NCBI GenBank assembly: GCA_964019335.1
Contig: OZ025684.1
Span: forward strand, 62,001 to 126,000
DNA: 64,000 nt
Reading direction: 5' to 3'
From: Diplonema japonicum
Taxonomy: Eukaryota > Protista > Euglenozoa: Diplonemea
The notes under the pieces are model-generated. The model saw nothing but the letters and a program-made list of their open reading frames with translations, had not been told where the DNA came from and made no database searches. Below, one piece after another: positions 1 to 11,709 of this stretch (positions are counted from its first letter, which is position 1; each line of letters begins with the position of its first letter). A program made the position numbers and the translations under genes.

Positions 1-178
1 TGACCTCCTCAAGTTGGTTGCGAAGGGAGGCTACGTTCACCGTCGATATGTTCATGTACGTGGGTGCTGGTCCAGGGTTTGGTTGTATTCCCTGAACCGT
101 GAGTCTCGCGAAGTCCTCCGCCTCCTCTGACCCCGGTCTGCGCTTCCCCTGCCTCAGTTCAGCACCTTTCCGATGCAT
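1..178 (-). CDS. LINE ORF2 N-terminus (2A-like peptide + start of AP endonuclease), runs off window start
   Basis: Manual translation from ATG 178: MHRKGAELRQGKRRPGSEEAEDFARLTVQGIQPNPGPAPTYMNISTVNVASLRNQLEEV. ISTVNVASL resembles the first APE motif (i.t.Nv.gl). Overlaps the ORF1 end in the -1 frame. Not in the supplied ORF track. Confidence 0.75.
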   Translation of the reverse strand, partial: MHRKGAELRQGKRRPGSEEAEDFARLTVQGIQPNPGPAPTYMNISTVNVASLRNQLEEV

Positions 179-1605
179 GCGCAGCACTGCTCCCTCCTGC
201 ACGTTTCCAGGGTGCACACCGCTGCCTTCCCTCCCTTCAGCAGCGTCTTGCATGAGGCGCACTGCCCCTGGGTGGCCTTGTACGCCTTCGACCACGCATG
301 GGTGTGCATCTTTTGCTTCTTCTGTGCCTGCGATTGGGGGGAATCCATGCCCTTCCCTTCCGAGGACTTCGTCGGCTGCCTGTAGGATGGCGTGCCGTCC
401 GTCTCCATCGGTGTCGGGGACCGGGATTCTGGAGGTGTCACGCTCCTTGGCCGTTTCGTGGGGGACGCGGCTGTGTTCTTCTTCGGCGATCCCTGTGCCT
501 TCCTCCTCCTCGGTGATGGTGAAGCCTCCGGAGGTGTCCCGCTTCTCTGCCTCTTCGTCGGGGATGCTGGAGATGCTGGGTTCGTTGCGATTACCTTCTC
601 CCTCAGCTCCCTGTGCCTCAGCGCTTGCTTCTTCAGTGTCTCCCTCAGCTTCTTGTTGTCCTCTTGCAGCCCTTTGATGATCTGCTCCAGCTTCTGCATC
701 TGCTGTTGTATTCCTGTCGGCATCTGCTCTTCCTTTTGCTCTTCCTTTCCCTTCTCCTTCTGCGGTTTGTGCTTCTGTTCCTTCTGCCCCTTCTGCTGTG
801 CCTTCGGGTCCTTCTTCTGTTGTGCCTTTGGGTCCTGCTTTTGTTGTGCCTTCGGGTCCTGCTTCTGCTGTGCCTTCGGGTCCGCCGCTGCCCAGTACTC
901 CTCGCCTTTGTCCTTGCCATAGAAGCAGAGGAACTCCGGCTTGGAGTACTTGGTGTCGTTGCTTTCGTTTGGGTCCTTCCGCGTCTCCCCTTTTGCCACC
1001 ACCATCCGCAGCGGTTGGAGTTTCCATGCCTCTGTCAAGGGCATTTGGTTCTCTCCTACTTGGACTTCCCCGAACGGGGGTCGGACAACCGCCTGGATAA
1101 TGGCGAGCTGTTTCCCTTTCTTGGGGATCATCCGGAGCACCTCCGCACCTTCCCACCCCTTCGTGCGGATCACCTCCTGCACCTGCCCTGCTGTTACTCC
1201 GCGCGGTACGCAGTGGAGGTCGTACTTCGTCTTCTTTGCTCCCACTGCTTCCACCAGTAGCCCTGCCTCCCGTGCCCTGCCTGCCGCGTGCGTCCTTGCT
1301 TCCCCTTCCTCCATCACCAGCCCGACCCCCCTCCCGTTGCTGATGATGGCTGCCTCGGGCCCCGCCGCCTTCCGTGCCTCCGACACGCTCCACGTCTTTA
1401 GCCACAACGGTGGCGCGTCCTCCTTCCTCCTCCTTCGTTCTTCGATGTGCATACCGGTACCTTCTGCACCCCCGGCCTGTTTCGCTTTCTTCGCGTCGCT
1501 CGCCGACAGATAGACCAGGAGGTCCATCTTGGTGAGCTTGCCGTCCCACCCCTCGCCCCTCGGGTCTGACAGCCCTCGGGTCCCGATCCCCATGGATCCG
1601 AGCAC
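154..1605 (-). CDS. LINE ORF1 (gag-like), 5'-truncated; Q/K-rich repeats, coiled coil, C-terminal Cys-rich finger
   Basis: 483-aa GC-rich ORF directly upstream of an APE-like ORF2. C-terminus CASC..VCTLETC..CCAC. Its N-terminal part is homologous to the remnant at 28550-28840. Confidence 0.75.
   Translation of the reverse strand: MLGSMGIGTRGLSDPRGEGWDGKLTKMDLLVYLSASDAKKAKQAGGAEGTGMHIEERRRRKEDAPPLWLKTWSVSEARKAAGPEAAIISNGRGVGLVMEEGEARTHAAGRAREAGLLVEAVGAKKTKYDLHCVPRGVTAGQVQEVIRTKGWEGAEVLRMIPKKGKQLAIIQAVVRPPFGEVQVGENQMPLTEAWKLQPLRMVVAKGETRKDPNESNDTKYSKPEFLCFYGKDKGEEYWAAADPKAQQKQDPKAQQKQDPKAQQKKDPKAQQKGQKEQKHKPQKEKGKEEQKEEQMPTGIQQQMQKLEQIIKGLQEDNKKLRETLKKQALRHRELREKVIATNPASPASPTKRQRSGTPPEASPSPRRRKAQGSPKKNTAASPTKRPRSVTPPESRSPTPMETDGTPSYRQPTKSSEGKGMDSPQSQAQKKQKMHTHAWSKAYKATQGQCASCKTLLKGGKAAVCTLETCRREQCCACIGKVLN
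790..882 (-). repeat. 24-bp coding tandem repeat (DPKAQQKQ x4)
   Basis: Visible in DNA (ttctgctgtgccttcgggtcc units) and in the ORF1 protein. Confidence 0.9.
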
Positions 1606-3057
1606 CTTCTTCGTGTGCTCTCTCTTTGGTTTAATTCCAACCCAATATCCAGCCCCTATTAAATAAAAGAAATAATATGGTAACTTTTGCTTCTTGCTCG
1701 AGTAAGGAGGGAAAAAAGCAAAAAAGGAAAAAAAAGAAAAAAAAAGAAAAAAAAAAAAAAACTTGCAGAAGTAAATCCTTACTCGGACACAACACTATTC
1801 GGAACCCAATAACTGTTCCTACCTAATTCTGCTTTTTGCCAACACCTCAGAAGATTATGACATCGGCGCGGGGACCTAAAAGAAGGTACAAAATAGGTCA
1901 AAGAAAACGGACTCATGAGGATTCGAACATAAAAGAATAAAAAATAAAAGAGGAACGTGGCTGCTTGCCGTGATGAGACGGACGGCAGCTGCAGATATAA
2001 AGTGGCCTCCTGTCATAGCGTGGAGGGCATTGATCATTCCCTGAGTGCCTGCCGAGACGCTCTTCACATCGCCATTCGACCTCAAAAACGCTTCTGTTGG
2101 AACGCGGCCCGAGGTTGTCTCGTGATCGAGTGTGCTTGTCCTTCGTAATCCTTTAAGGACGATGGCTTTTGCTTTGGCCCCGTCTTTTAAAGGGCTTAAA
2201 AAGAAAAAGAAAAAACGGAAAATAAAATCATATCAAAAAAGAAGGAAAAAAAAAGCTTTTGAAACGAAAGGGGGTAAAGAGCAGAACAGATAAAAAAGAA
2301 AAAAAGAAAAAGAAAGAAAGATCTTGTTTCATAAATAAATAGGGGGGGGGGTGTGTGCCTTAAATATTGGATCGGAAAATCAATAATATCAGCGTGTTAT
2401 AGCCTTCTTTTCATTTTTTCTTTTGTTGTTTGAAGAAGGGAAGGGGCCATCTACGTGACTCCTCTGCTCCTTGCCGATTCCCTTCCGTCCAAGGGCGTGA
2501 ACGTGAAACAAATCTTTTCCTTTTTTATAACCGTATTCATTTTTTTTTCTTTCATAGTCCGTTTGGTACGCGTGTCCCCCCCACCCCTCCACCTTTTCCC
2601 CGCATATTTCCCAGATGGAAAACCCGAGAGCGACCTTCTTTTTTTGATTACTAGGGAGAACCAAGGTATGTACATGACAACCCTGACTACTAAACGAAAC
2701 GCCTCTTAGAGGTTATAGAGCTATGGGGAAATGAAAAATAATAATAAAGGCGGAAAAGAAAAAAAAAACGATAAGCCGCATCCATCTGCTGTGTCACCTG
2801 TGACCTTTTCTTCTTCGGTCCATTCTGACCTGAAAATCGGTGCCTTCAGCGTAAGCTGAAGGACTCCGCATTCTCCTTTCCAACATTCTTCGATGCATCG
2901 AAACGCTAAAGGATCTCGAAGGGGGACGTGACTTGGACGCGGCCATATTGAAAGAAGAAGCGGGGGAAAAAAAAAATTGAAGAAATACATTGCCAACGAA
3001 GGAAGGGAAGTGTGGACGGTTGAGGTGCACTGACTTCAGAGGGATGCACGTAAACAG

Positions 3058-5253
3058 CTACGTCTCCTCGTCAGTGTCAGAATAGTCAGGGTGGCTGCCA
3101 TTCCCTCCCGTGCGCATCATGCATGAGGCTATACAGATGATAAGGACAGCAGTCACAATAACTATTATGAGGATACCTATCGTGTCAGTGCTGCTGCTGA
3201 CAATAGCTCTCACATCGCCTCCACTGGGAGGCGCCAACGTCGCAGGGGACACCGTAAGAGGGGACACCGTAGGAGGCACAGTCACAATCACGCACACATT
3301 CGGGCTTGCCTGCACCAATGCATACCCCTGCTGGCACGTCACCGCATGGCACACCCCATTGATTAAGGAGCTTGCAGCAGCGTTTGCACTCGCGCACTCC
3401 ACAAGGTTCCCAACAGCAGCCTGCATCGGCTGCGACGCCCCGAGGATCCCGTTCATCCCCGCATCCCCCTCCACTGCCGTGTCTATGTCCCCTTGAAGCA
3501 CCGTAAGGTCCCCCAAAATAGAGTTCTTCACGCTTGCCACAAGGCTGTAATGCACGCTCCCGCACACGACAGTGAAGCTATCGTAACCAGTGATATTCAG
3601 CGCGATCTTCACAAGGCTCCTGAAGTTGGACACCCACTTCGTGGACCCATTATCATTAAAGAGCTCGCAGTTGCCAGAGGGATACACCCCGTCTATTCGT
3701 GCCCGGCTTGTCTTGTCGAAGAATGTGGGCATCTCGCTGATAGCTATGCAGGCCCATATCGTGACACCGTCCCGGGTGGGGTTTGCGTACCCCATGCCGC
3801 AGGTGCACTTGTTGTCGGTGCAGATGGCTGACGTGTCGCCATAAACAGCACAGTCTGCGTTCTGAGTGCACCAGGAGGTGCGCACTGGGTCCACAGGCAC
3901 AGCCTGAGGTGTAGCTTCTGGGACAACCACCGGAGTACTCACAGGCGCATTCAAGGGCACTACTTCTGGAGTGGCACTCGGAATGGCCACAGGTGGGAGA
4001 ACCGGTGGTAACGCTAAGGGAACAGTGACAGGGGCAGAGGCAGGGATGACTTCTGGAACAGCAGCAGGGATAGCGGGGATGGCTTCTGGAACAACAGCAG
4101 GGACAACAGGGACAGTAGCAGGTGTGTCGCGTGGAGTGGTAGCGTTCTCAGGTGCGCTCTCCGGCATAGTTTCCGGTTCTGAAGCCGGAGCAACAGGACT
4201 TACAGTGGGGACTGTTTCAGGCGTAGTTTCGGGCACTGCTTCTGGTGTCGCTTCTGGCACAGCCTCTGGCACTAGGTCTTCAGGAAAAGGTTCTGGCACA
4301 CTTGCTGGCACCACTTCAGGGATAGTACTCGGCTCGCCCCTTGGTACCGTCAATGGGACTGTCGCAGGTGTTGCCATTGGGACAGTTTCAGGTGCTACTG
4401 GGACAGCTTCAGGTATTGCTATTGGGGCAACAGGGACAGATGAAGGCGGGAGCTGAGTGATGGGCGCAGCCTGAGGTTGATCGACAGGTGCAGCTGACAT
4501 AGCACATGTCTTAGGGCCAGCGTGGGTGAGCGCGTACCCCGTCTGGCATGTCACGGCATGGCATGCTCCGTTGACGAGGAAGGTCGCTGCGGCATTTGCC
4601 ATCTCGCATTCAACAAGGCTTCCAGCAGCTACATGCAGTGGCTGGGAAGCCCCGAGGGCTGCATCGAGCGCGTGGTTGGAGCTGACGGCAGCGTCGATGT
4701 CGCCCTTGAGAGCTGTGAGGTCGCCTAGCAGGGTGTTCCTCACGCTGGCCACAAGGCTGTAGTGCACACTCCCGCATATAATGACGAAGCTGTCATATTC
4801 GGATATGCCGAGCACCGACATGATGAGAGTCTTGAAGGTGGTGACGGGGATCTGCTCGCAGTTGCCGGAGGGATACACACCATCTAGCCGGACGGTGCTC
4901 ACCTTCCCGAAGAAGGCAGACGCATCACTAGTGGCTATGCAGGCCCATATTGTGACACCGTCCCGGGTGGGGTTTGCGTACCCCATGCCGCAGGTGCACT
5001 TGTTGTCGGTGCAGGTGGCTGACGTGTCGCCATAAACAGCACAGTCTGCGTTCTGAGTGCACCAGGAGACCGTGCTGACCTCGCTGTCGTCTGGCGCACC
5101 CTCGGGGTGCCCGAAAGGGCTCCCTTCTGGGTTTGATTCATTTCGTAGCTCTGGTACATAGTCCTCAGGTGCTTCTTCAGGCTCAGTCACATTTTCAGAA
5201 GATGCTGCCATCGCCATGTACACCGCATACAGCGCTACCTGCGAAACCTTCAT
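3058..5253 (-). CDS. Type I surface membrane protein: two duplicated Cys-rich domains, P/V/T/E mucin-like linker, C-terminal TM
   Basis: ATG 5253 (MKVSQVALYAVYMAMAAS, signal-like). The WCTQNADCAVYGD...CTDNKCTCGMGY domain occurs twice. TM IGILIIVIVTAVLIICIASC. The upstream in-frame poly-F is a polypyrimidine tract. Confidence 0.85.
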   Translation of the reverse strand: MKVSQVALYAVYMAMAASSENVTEPEEAPEDYVPELRNESNPEGSPFGHPEGAPDDSEVSTVSWCTQNADCAVYGDTSATCTDNKCTCGMGYANPTRDGVTIWACIATSDASAFFGKVSTVRLDGVYPSGNCEQIPVTTFKTLIMSVLGISEYDSFVIICGSVHYSLVASVRNTLLGDLTALKGDIDAAVSSNHALDAALGASQPLHVAAGSLVECEMANAAATFLVNGACHAVTCQTGYALTHAGPKTCAMSAAPVDQPQAAPITQLPPSSVPVAPIAIPEAVPVAPETVPMATPATVPLTVPRGEPSTIPEVVPASVPEPFPEDLVPEAVPEATPEAVPETTPETVPTVSPVAPASEPETMPESAPENATTPRDTPATVPVVPAVVPEAIPAIPAAVPEVIPASAPVTVPLALPPVLPPVAIPSATPEVVPLNAPVSTPVVVPEATPQAVPVDPVRTSWCTQNADCAVYGDTSAICTDNKCTCGMGYANPTRDGVTIWACIAISEMPTFFDKTSRARIDGVYPSGNCELFNDNGSTKWVSNFRSLVKIALNITGYDSFTVVCGSVHYSLVASVKNSILGDLTVLQGDIDTAVEGDAGMNGILGASQPMQAAVGNLVECASANAAASSLINGVCHAVTCQQGYALVQASPNVCVIVTVPPTVSPLTVSPATLAPPSGGDVRAIVSSSTDTIGILIIVIVTAVLIICIASCMMRTGGNGSHPDYSDTDEET

Positions 5254-5775
5254 GTGATGCTTGCCAGCTACCACAGTCCTGTGATGGCGTGATGGCAGGG
5301 ATGGGGCAACATAAAGCGTTCGTTTGATGAAAAAAAGAAAAATAACAATAAAAAAAAAAAGAGAAGATAGAAGAAGAAAAAAAGGGAGAGGGAGCGAATG
5401 CAAAAAAAAAAAAAGGGAAGAAAGAAAGAAAAAAAAAGAGGTGGAACTGGTCGTTATTTTGTACGAGAGTGGGACAACGATTTCTATTTGTATAGACAAA
5501 ATAAAGAAAAGAAAAGAAAAGAAGAGACCCGTTCTTTAAGAAAAAAAGAATTGTCTGAACAAACAAATTGGGTAAAAGCTACTTGTGCAGAGGGGCATCA
5601 ACTGCTGTGCTTCATTAATATCGTATCAGAACTCAAAGACCTAGGGAAGCGCTTTGCTTTGATATTCTCTATTTTTTTTTTTTTGTGTGGTTGCTATTTT
5701 CTTTTTCTTTTTCTTATAAATATTTATTTTTTAAACCTTTTCTTAACCCCCTTTTTTTTCCCGAGAAAATAAATT

Positions 5776-5810
<35 letters not shown>

Positions 5811-6087
5811 AGTTAAGGTAAAAGTTATCTTTTGTTTGTGCGCAACAGGTCCGCAAAAAAAAGTTTCGTCTTTTGTCGCGCATATTCGTGCGTGTGCTAA
5901 TTCGATTCTTCTTTGATAATTTACGATAACAAGAGTCAGTTTCATCTTAAGAAAAGAACAGAAAAAGAAAAGGGGGGAAAAAAAAAGGGGGGGGGGGAGT
6001 GGAATGGAGAAGAAAGTAGAAGGGAAAAAAATAAGAAACAACATTACAAATAGACAAAAGACCAGGATAAGAAGAAGATAAAACAGC

Positions 6088-6119
<32 letters not shown>

Positions 6120-8997
6120 AAAAGTAGATATAAAAAAGGGAAAGAACTTCTGCTGGCTCGCTCATCAGTGACCGTGCGAGTGAGAAAAAATACAACCGTT
6201 CGCTTCTGAGTGCCTACCACAGTCTAGCAGCAGGCACTACCTGGTTTCCCGCATGCATGGTACTGATCAAAGACAAGCTACATAGCGGCAGCAAAAAGAA
6301 AAAAAAATTGTGTGTCAAGAGCTAACTTCTTTCTACCAAGTAACCTCCCCCCATGGGTGGATGATTCCATTTTTTCATTCGAAAAGAGAAGCACCCCCCC
6401 CTCAAAAAAAAAGCTGATTTGATCAGCTGGTGCTCAGAAAAAAAAAAAAAAGAAAAAAGAATTTTTACTCTTTTTTTTTTTCATCTCTCTGAGAGAGCCT
6501 CAGTTTCAGCCTCACGTAAATCATAACATGCCATATCTGCCTTTCATTCACGTAGGCCGGGGTGTTGTTTTCTTTTTACGTTCACCGCCTTCGCGGTGGG
6601 GAGAGGGTAGCATAAAAGGCAGAAGGAGAAAAAAGTGAGAAAGATAGCAGCAGACCTGAGGTGTACGTTTATGTACTTAATTTATTATTTTTTTTAAATG
6701 AATGGAATTACTTCCGGGTGCCCCTGAAAGGAAATATTTAAGGGGAAAAAAAAATGTTAATAAAAACAGAGACAGAACATTGAGGGGGAGGGGTTACCGG
6801 GAGAAGAGGTGGGTAACAAATAGTATATAAAAAAATTGAAATTATTTCCCCCCCCCCCGTCTTGGGGACGAAAAAAACCTGTTAGTTTATAATTCCTAGA
6901 CGAGGTCCCTGGGACAACCTAATTAGATGGCTAACTACCGGAGACACTGTTCAACTGGCGCTGATAAAAAGAAAAGAAAAAAAAGTTCTTCGATAAATGC
7001 TCTGGGGAACGGGAGGGGGATGGCAATAAAAAAGCAACGGCCCCACCGGAAAAAAAAAAAAAAAAAGGAAAAGATGTCAAAAAAAAAAGTATCTAAAGTG
7101 CACTTGAAATACACAGATTACTATTCCTTTTTTTTCTTTTTCTCCTTTCCTTTTTTTTTTTTTCCTCTGTTTTCTTTTTTCTTTTTCTTTCGAGCAAAGT
7201 CGACAATTGAGGGAGGGGGGGGGGGGAAATAAAGAATTCTTTTTTTTTCTTTTTGCGCTCACCAGCTGAGCTTAGAGTCCCATTGTCCCTGTTCCGCCAA
7301 GAAAAAAACCAAAAGATGTGATCTTTCGATTTTCTCCCTTTCTTTTTTTCCTCTTTCCTTTTTTGGGTGGTGGTGTGTAGCCTTGACCGTTTTTAAAAAT
7401 GCCCAAACGTGATGGGCGGTCCTACACCAAGGCATCCCTGCAGAATCTTGTCCCCTTTTCTTGGGTGGAAAAAGTTAAGATTCCTTTTTTTTTTCCCCCC
7501 CTCGGAAAAAATAAAAAAATATAGGCTGCGCCCTGCACAAGTACCCGATCTACTTCATTTACAGGGGAAAGAGTCGGAGTTGAGTTATTATTAGATGACC
7601 TTTTACTTTTTTTCTTTTTAGCTTTTCTTTTCTCTTTTTTCTTTTGACAGTTAATTGTTGGGTAAAAAGTTCATCCATTCACAAAAGAAATGAAGAAGGC
7701 CACAGATGGGGGGCAGATATGAAAAAAAAAAAAAAAAAAAAACTCTTTGTTTTGTGCGTAACGGAGGAAAAAAGAAAAAAAGGAAACTAGAGTTTTTGAC
7801 GCTTCATGTGTTTGTGCGCACGAGGTATTTTACTTAATGAAATAGCTCATTACGCTCGCCATCAACTAGCATTTAAATAATTGTTTTAAACAAAAAAAAA
7901 AAGAGAAGAAGAAAAGAAGAAAAAAAAAGGTGTGAGAAAAAAGAAAGTTCTTTTCTGTGTTCCTTTTTTTTTTTCTTTCTCTTTCTTTTTCTTCTTCCTT
8001 TCTTTTGTTCGCTTTTTCTTTTTTCCCCCCTCTTTATGTCGTTTTACGCACCCTTTGTGTTTGTGAATTAATATAAAAAAGAAACAAAAAAAGGAACTGG
8101 CTGTTGTTTGTACGCACCGGCGAGGTGTCGCAAAAAAAGAAAAAGAAAATGGGGCATTTCCCAGCAATAAGGCGCGCAGTGTTTCCTTTCTTTCGGATTC
8201 TATTCTTTTAAACAAAACTCGCCGCATAATGCTGATTTCTTGCCTAGAATAGAATGTGGGGTCGCCTTCTCTGCACTATCTGTTTCAGAAGAAAACACAA
8301 AATTCTCCAAGAGGCAGAATATGTGCAGTTGGAAAGACTATTTCTTTTTTTTTTTTCCAGAAAAAAAAAAACTTTATTGCGCTCCGTCCGATTGGGCTAT
8401 TATCGTTAACGTGTCGTTCCCCCCCCTTTTTTTTCTCCATGTGGTTTTTCTTTTTCGCTCAAATATATAAAAAAAAAAATAAAAAAATAAAAAGGCAGAA
8501 AAAAAAAAATACTGACATAACATTTTTTGAAGTGCAAACAAAAAATTAAAAAAATTGAGAAATACAACAAGAGTTACACGTCGAGAGGGGGGGATTGCGA
8601 AGGACATGGGTTTCTTTTTTTTTTTTTTCCCTTTTTACTGTTCTTTCTCTTTTTTTTTTTCTCTCCTACTTTTTCTCTCTCTTCTCTCTTGCGAGAGAAG
8701 GACCCCCATGCGAGTTTCATGGCCTAACCACAAGCATCTTGCCGCATGCCTTATAATAAACGAAATAACAACAAGGCGTAAGGAAAATACAAGAAAAAGC
8801 TCAACAACACTCTGAAATACTTACGGCCTCCCTCACCTTTTCTGTCCTCTTAACACTATTTATGGCTCCCAGGGAAGACACGGGCCGCAAGCAAGGAGAT
8901 TTGGATACAAAACACATCGTAAGCTAAGTGTGAAGATTCTGCAAGATCGGTTAGAAGAAAAAAATAAAGACATAGGGGGGGGGGGGGGGGGGGGGGC

Positions 8998-9184
8998 GGC
9001 TATGGTGGCATGGAAACGCGTTTCCATGCATTTCTTGAAAAAAAGGGAAACGGGAAACGGAAACAGATACGGAAACGGAAACGTTTCCTTATGTTTCCTT
9101 AAGAAGGAAGCCGTTTCCATAAGAATTTTGAAAAGTATGGAAACGGAAACGGGAACGGAAACGTTTCCTGCCAGCATAGCCCTA
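8998..9184. mobile_element. MITE with ~20-bp TIRs and GGAAAC subterminal repeats (hAT-like)
   Basis: Left GGCTATGGTGGCATGGAAACG; right CGTTTCCTGCCAGCATAGCC. Many GGAAAC/GTTTCC motifs inside; poly-G tracts on both sides. Confidence 0.75.
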
Positions 9185-10566
9185 GGGGGGGGGGGGGGGG
9201 GGGGATCACTTTCCTCCTTTTTTTTCTTTTTTTCTTTTTTTTTTTTTCTTGACCAAATAATGAGTCATTATTAATTAACTCGATTATGGTAAGTTGAGTC
9301 AAATAAAAATAAAAAAAAAGGAGTGAGAAAAAAAAAAAAAAAAAAGAAGAAGGTGAAAAATAAAAGGAATTAGTCAGCTTTATTGGACGGCTAGAAGGTT
9401 TTTATTCTTCCTTGCACTTTTCATTCAATTGAATGAAAAAAAGGTGGTGCAAAAAAAAAAAAGAAAGAAAGAAAAAAGAAGAGAGAGAAAATAAAAGGGG
9501 CTTCTTTTTTCTCTCGCCGCGGGAATCTGAGTAAAAGGGGCGAAAAAAGAGAGCGCCTATTATTTTCTCCCTCCCCCTTCTTGTTATCATATTAGTACTT
9601 TTATTCGCTTTACGCTGATAAACTTTTTATGTATTTTTAAACCTTCGTGCCTTGTGCCTTCTTGCTTCACCTGAATGGTGCCGCCCAGTTGATGATGAAA
9701 AAATAATTTACGAAAAAATAGCGAATTCTATTCCTGGGAGGAAAAGAGATAAAGGCACTAATACGGTATTTCTTCTTCTTCTTCTTCTTCTTCTTCTTTT
9801 TCTTCTTGTTTTCCTTTTACAACTGACCTTTGATTTTTCTTTCTGAAAATATGAGAAAAGCAAAAAAAAAGGGGGGGAATGTGTATCCGTTGGGACTTAA
9901 ACATTCTTTAGACTTTCTTTTTTTCGTCTTTCTTCTTTTCTTTTCTTCTTTTTTTCGTTCTTCAGAATTATAGACTTGGGTCCATACGCAAGGAATAGAA
10001 AAAAAAGTAAAGGGGGAGAGAGGAAAATAAAAAATAAAAAATAAAAAATAAAAAATAAAAAGGAAACACTTTAAAAAAAAAAAAAGAATATACAGAGTGA
10101 GATAGGAGAAAGAAAGATGATCTTCTTTTCCTTAGCCCTTCCACTGTATCTCCTGACCGATAAAAAAAAAAAACAGAAAAAAGAATTAGGCCAGGGGGGG
10201 CGTTACGTAAAGTAGGGGGAAAAAAAAAGAGAAAAAAAATTTAATTTAATAAACCATGACAATAAAATCACCTCGCGTGTCACCTATCAAGCGGCAATAA
10301 TCCCTCTGTGGTCTGAACATTGAGGTAGTGAAGAAAGTACTCTTCCGGTGATCTCTATTCTGGTTTTAGTGTTCGTGGGTTTGATCTTTTTTTTTTCCTT
10401 TTTTCTCTTGTTCATTTGTCCCCAGCCAACATAGAAAAAAAGGAATTGTGTTGCCTTCACTCTCTTTGGTCCCCCTTTTCCTCATTTTCATCACAAATTG
10501 CGAAAAAAAGAAGATAAAAAAAAGGAGGTGATTTGAGAAAGAAGGTTCTCTCCCGAGAGAAAAGGG

Positions 10567-10601
<35 letters not shown>

Positions 10602-10615
10602 ATTCTTTTAAGGTA

Positions 10616-11350
10616 TGCGTTATTGCGCTCACCGGCCGAGCTGCGCTTATCCCCGTTGTCCCCGTTCTGGGGGCTCTGGCGGGTTCCTACTGCGGTGGTC
10701 AAACTGCGGTTGTCGGTGTCTGCGACAGGTACCTGTCCCGCAAGCCTTCGATGCTACTCATGGTTCGTTCCGGGAGTACTGGCCTCCTGTCATACCCGTG
10801 TGTGGTCGGTCCTCCGATACAGCGTAGGGAGTTGACGCGCTCCACTCGCGCCGCTGGGAACGCTACCCCTCTGCCATCAGCGTGGTACAGGTCCTGGACT
10901 CGTCTCAGCACATACCGTAGCCTCCTTGCCTTGACGCCCAGGTCCTCCACCTTGCCCACTTTCCCGCCGTCGTCCAGCGGCAGCTCCATCTCCCTCTCGA
11001 AGTCGAGGGCCAGCTCTAACGTCGTCACCGCCGTGTGCCGACCAGGCGCGTCATCCCACAGCAGGCCTCCCAACCACCTCAGCACCGGCCTCAGCAGCTT
11101 GTCCATCACTGTTCCTGACGCTCCCAGCCTTCGTAGCTCAGACACCGTCGGCGTCGGGTGCACCCTCCCCGTCACGACCGCCCGCCACGGGTAAGCTTGT
11201 GTCTGCAGTGCGCGGTTCGCATCCACCGCTGCATCCCTCCGCGTGACTACCTCCAGCAGGTACTTCTGCACCAGTAAGGCCCTTGGCTTGTCTTGGCAGC
11301 CTCTGGGCACCACCCCATGGAGCCTCGTCGCCTTCGGCATAGCTGCCGGG
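10616..11350 (-). mobile_element. 5'-truncated LINE 3' end (family B), ORF2 C-terminal fragment
   Basis: ORF 10699-11340 (TTLELALDFE...KARRL...NSLRCIGG...GYDRRP). The same 3' end recurs at 16746-16894; protein similarity to 28217-28545. Confidence 0.7.
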
Positions 11351-11675
11351 TCCGGGAAAAAAGAAAAAAGTACCGTGAGAAGGTGCTAAAAGGCGGGAAA
11401 GAAAATCCCGTTAACAAAAGATGGATATAGCTCGTGTGGTATTCAAATAACAGAAAATCGGGGCACCTGTGAGGAGAAAAAGTGCTCACCTTTGACCCAA
11501 CCGCTGATTTCCTTGCTTAAAAGAAATTCATGAACACAAGAGACTGAAAACCTCATCTAACTACCTATTTGCAATGAATAGTTAAAAGACAAGGGGAAAA
11601 AAAAAAAGAGAGAGAAAAAAAACAGATCTTTACCGAATAAATACAGTAATTAATTAACGGGCCGCTTTTTGCAAA

Positions 11676-11709
<34 letters not shown>

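Larger units (their letters stand above)
1..1625 (-). mobile_element. Non-LTR retrotransposon (ORF1 + start of ORF2)
   Basis: ORF1/ORF2 overlap architecture; sharp compositional boundary with AT-rich DNA near 1625. Confidence 0.75.

Noticed and set aside
99-1513. Plus-strand ORFs overlapping ORF1 (likewise antisense ORFs over other genes)
   Set aside because: Shadow frames of GC-rich coding sequence.
1957-2150. Further LINE 3' fragment (YDRRP match)
   Set aside because: Only ~14-16 nt match 10781-10795; the flanks do not align convincingly.
5500-10600. Many short poly-K/poly-F ORFs here and in other intergenic regions
   Set aside because: Translations of A/T homopolymer tracts with no coding signal.
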